Under the pieces are notes generated by a model that did no database searches, was not told the DNA's origin, and saw only the letters and a program-made list of their open reading frames with translations. A stretch of 63,927 bases of DNA, filler included, from Globobulimina sp. (taxonomy: Eukaryota), in assembly GCA_003354225.1 (NCBI GenBank). It is 33 parts of 33 records of this genome, joined end to end, with 100 filler letters (N's around TTAATTAATTAA, not from the genome) between each part and the next. Parts side by side here need not be neighbours in the genome. Positions count along the whole stretch, not along the records: positions 62,089 to 63,927 come from PIVH01011369.1; 32 more parts are not named here. One strand, given 5' to 3'. Below, in pieces: positions 62,091 through 63,927 of the stretch; position 1 is the first letter of the stretch; each line of letters starts with the position of its first letter. Made by a program: the position numbers and the translations under genes.

Positions 62091-63927
62091 TATTTAGAAT
62101 ATTTATCTAATACGCCAGCTTTATTGTTATTTAATGTAAAATGTGATGAAAATGGAATTGTTTATATTGATAAAGATTTAGTGAATAAAAATCATTTATT
62201 TTTTACCATTTGTGCTGTCAATAAAGAAACATTCAGCATTAAAAATCATTTATTATCCAATAAGCAAATGAGTAATGAAATGGATATTGATACAAAAGAG
62301 GAAGAAAAGGGAAACTTAAATTTGTGCGCTCCATTTGATTATATTGATACCCGTTTATTTCCAGGATTTGATGGTACAAAACATTTTACTGAACAACGAG
62401 AGATATCATTGATTTGTAATAAAAATAATGAAGTTATCATCCCAAACTATAAACAATCGCAAGTTGAAATATATTCATCTCTTAACAGTGTGTTTGAATT
62501 ATATTCGACGTTAAGTAATAACAAAACTTTGGAAGAATTTTCATTTTTATTTGATTCCAATTGGAAGAATTTGCAAAATCAGCAGAAATTAGAAAAAATC
62601 GATAAATATTTATGCCATGAAATGCATTTTTTTTTATATTGCAATGATAAAACATTTTTCGATGAAATAATTAAACCATTTATTAACAATAAAATGGAGA
62701 AAACCTTTATGGATCATTGGTTATTGGGTGATAAAGAAATATTATTTATGCATTACAGTAATTTTAATACCATCAATGCGTTGAATACATTTGAAAAAAT
62801 ATTGTTAGGATTTGCTTTCAAGAGCGATTCAAATAATGAGAAATATAAAATAATATACAAACAAATGTATAATTATTTCAAAGATAAACAGAAATCTTTA
62901 AAAATATCACCCAAACAACTAAAGAAATTATTTAAAACAGCATTAGCGGATAGAGACTATTTATCAAACACACCACAATCACACAAACACAAACATGCAA
63001 GAAACAGAGATAGAGATAGAGACGAACCAAACATACGAAATCGAAGAAGGAATATCAATATCAACGACATGCAATCACAAAGGTACAATAGGTCCCGTTC
63101 CAGGTCCCACTCCAGGTCAAGGTCTCCTGCCTATTCCACATCAAAAGGCCGACATCAAAGCTCAACACGGTTCCGGACCAGACAAACCGCGCGGAAATCA
63201 ACAGGTGGTAAGGCTCCAAGACGCTCATTGGAGATGAAAGGATCGCGGGCATATTCAGTTACGTCACCTATGTATTCACCCACCAGTCCCACCTATTCGC
63301 CAACGAGCCCCACCTATTCACCCACATCACCTACATATCCACCTACATCGGGAAAGGGAGCACGTATACGCAGTCGTAGTAGAAATAGAAACGATTTTGA
63401 TGGTGGTGATAGAATGGAGGAATGTGATGATGCGTCTGATGAATGGAGGACTGTACAGGAATGTGCAATTGTTGATGATTGTAGTTATCGTGAACAATTA
63501 TCAGAGAAAGCAATATTTGACGACTTATCAGCAACAAAGGAATATCAAGAAACTGGATATTATAAAACAGCAATACATGAAAAGAACCATTTTAATTTGA
63601 TCAAAGATAATAAGTTTTGGTGTGACTGGGCTTTGTATTTATTGAATGATGAAATGGATATCTGTTCCACCTCCTTTTTGTCCAAACATTTTTTTATGGC
63701 AACCAATAGTTTTAGTGAAATGATGATGAGTTTAAGCATTCTGAATTTACAGATTGGTAACGATGATAATAAGAATATTCATAAAGAGGTCAATAAGAAT
63801 ATTCATAATAAGAATGTTGGCAATAGTTCAGAAATGATATTATCCTCAAATGTTCCCTGTATTATATTTTCCAAACAATTGAAAGAAACTGTGATTTCTG
63901 AAGAAAATATTATTAATGTGGTGGTGA
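62091..63927 (+). CDS. Internal part of a very large protein with an RS / histone-H3-tail / Pol II-CTD-like insert
   Basis: Frame from 62091 has no stop to the window end (~612 codons); ordered-looking blocks [15 protein letters not shown]...[19 protein letters not shown] and [33 protein letters not shown]. Confidence 0.9.

Noticed and set aside
63174-63248. Histone H3 gene
   Set aside because: No initiator Met at the tail start and no histone fold follows; it is an embedded tail-like segment
63252-63356. RPB1 (RNA polymerase II largest subunit) gene
   Set aside because: Heptads are internal and few, and the flanking protein has no RNA polymerase motifs
62995-63600. Supplied short ORFs 62995..63237, 63061..63252, 63343..63573 and 63397..63600
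   Set aside because: Off-frame shadows of the long open frame starting at 62091

Overview
This window is not a contiguous locus. It holds 33 unrelated contigs of 1839-1841 bp, sorted by length and joined by 100-nt N spacers carrying TTAATTAATTAA (stops in all six frames), so adjacency across spacers means nothing. Most contigs look like an AT-rich protist nuclear genome with short GT-AG introns and expanded kelch, MATH, SAM, ankyrin, F-box and G-alpha families. The gene style suggests a foraminiferan or other rhizarian, which is an inference. One contig is from a T4-like phage, and two ORFs are apparently chimeric with bacterial fragments, as is typical of amplified single-cell assemblies. 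The most striking signal is in the last contig: an ORF open across the whole contig, missing from the supplied ORF track, whose linker carries an RS repeat, a histone H3 N-terminal tail copy ([17 protein letters not shown]) and five RNA polymerase II CTD-like heptads (YSPTSPT) back to back. Other leads are a covarying hairpin array with a constant TTACCC loop upstream of a Gag-like ORF, a TM-ankyrin-G-alpha fusion, a phage-type Dam methyltransferase beside an intron-containing host gene, a D-armless tRNA-like minihelix, and a hAT-like ORF with a ~440-bp palindrome. All family calls come from motif recognition by eye; no searches were run.
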